Below, one piece after another: positions 63,437 to 64,000 of a stretch of DNA of 64,000 nucleotides (position 1 is its first letter; the number at the start of each line of letters is the position of its first letter). Below the pieces are notes generated by a model. The model was given only the letters and a program-made list of their open reading frames with translations, did no database searches and was not told the DNA's origin. Both the position numbers and the translations under genes were made by a program. The DNA lies in assembly GCA_963771175.1 (NCBI GenBank), contig CAVYSY010000036.1, positions 32,001-96,000 of the forward strand, written 5' to 3'. This DNA is from an uncultured delta proteobacterium (lineage in GTDB: Bacteria; Myxococcota; Myxococcia; Myxococcales; Myxococcaceae).

Positions 63437-64000
63437 ATGACGATGACCCCGGTTCCCCCCGAGATGAAGAGACTCGAGCCGTTCGAGCTGGCCCTGCGCG
63501 AGGCCGGCATGGGCTACCCCGAGGTCACCGAGGACTTCCCGTGGGGCCACCGGACGCTCAAGGTGAAGGGCAAGGCCTTCGTCTTCATGGGGATCAGCGG
63601 CGAGGAGGGCCTCTTCTTGTCGGTCAAGCTGCCCCAGTCGAACGGTGCGGCGCTGATGCTGCCGTTCGCGCAGCCCACGGGGTACGGACTGGGCAAGAGC
63701 GGCTGGGTGAGCGCCAACTTCGGCGCGCGCGACACGCCCCCGCTGGAGATGCTGCGCCAATGGCTCGACGAGAGCTACCGCGCGGTGGCGCCCAAGAAGC
63801 TCGTGGCGCAGCTCGGCGGTGGGGCCGGAACACCGAAGGCGGAGAAGGCCGAGGCCGCCCCGGCCAAGAGCAGGGCCAAGACCTCGCCGAAGAGCAAGAC
63901 CGCGCCGGTCGCGGCCAAGAAGACCGCGACGAAGAAGACCGCCACCCGGAAGACGGCGGCGAAGAAGCCCGCGGCCAGCGCACGAGCCCGCCGCGCCTGA
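63437..64000 (+). CDS. MmcQ/YjbR-family protein with K/A/T-rich basic tail
   Basis: [38 protein letters not shown]; tail [19 protein letters not shown]. Confidence 0.85.
   Translation: MTMTPVPPEMKRLEPFELALREAGMGYPEVTEDFPWGHRTLKVKGKAFVFMGISGEEGLFLSVKLPQSNGAALMLPFAQPTGYGLGKSGWVSANFGARDTPPLEMLRQWLDESYRAVAPKKLVAQLGGGAGTPKAEKAEAAPAKSRAKTSPKSKTAPVAAKKTATKKTATRKTAAKKPAASARARRA

Overview
High-GC window that looks myxobacterial (Cystobacterineae-like; inferred from DUF2378, DUF4388 and SPW proteins and a mevalonate operon). The housekeeping backbone comprises an isc Fe-S operon without iscR, tRNA-Leu(CAG), a mevalonate operon (fni-hmgR-mvk-mvaD-pmk), htpX, a histidine kinase with an M16 peptidase, dapF and REC signalling proteins. 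Two accessory loci stand out. (1) At about 2.4-8.1 kb, a RADAR-type anti-phage pair (P-loop ATPase plus large adenosine deaminase) with a convergent multi-TM gene. (2) At about 44.6-53.3 kb, a candidate undescribed RiPP system. It has three tiny precursors not correctly called by the ORF track (leader MK(I/V)KTK(I/V)RGG, cores ARxC(S/F)GG...), an upstream 603-aa protein of no family I recognise with an RRE-like N-terminus, and a divergent HlyD, C39-peptidase ABC and second ABC exporter. Many conserved genes carry single-base frameshifts, most likely sequencing or assembly indels, so their coordinates are stitched from several ORFs and are approximate.
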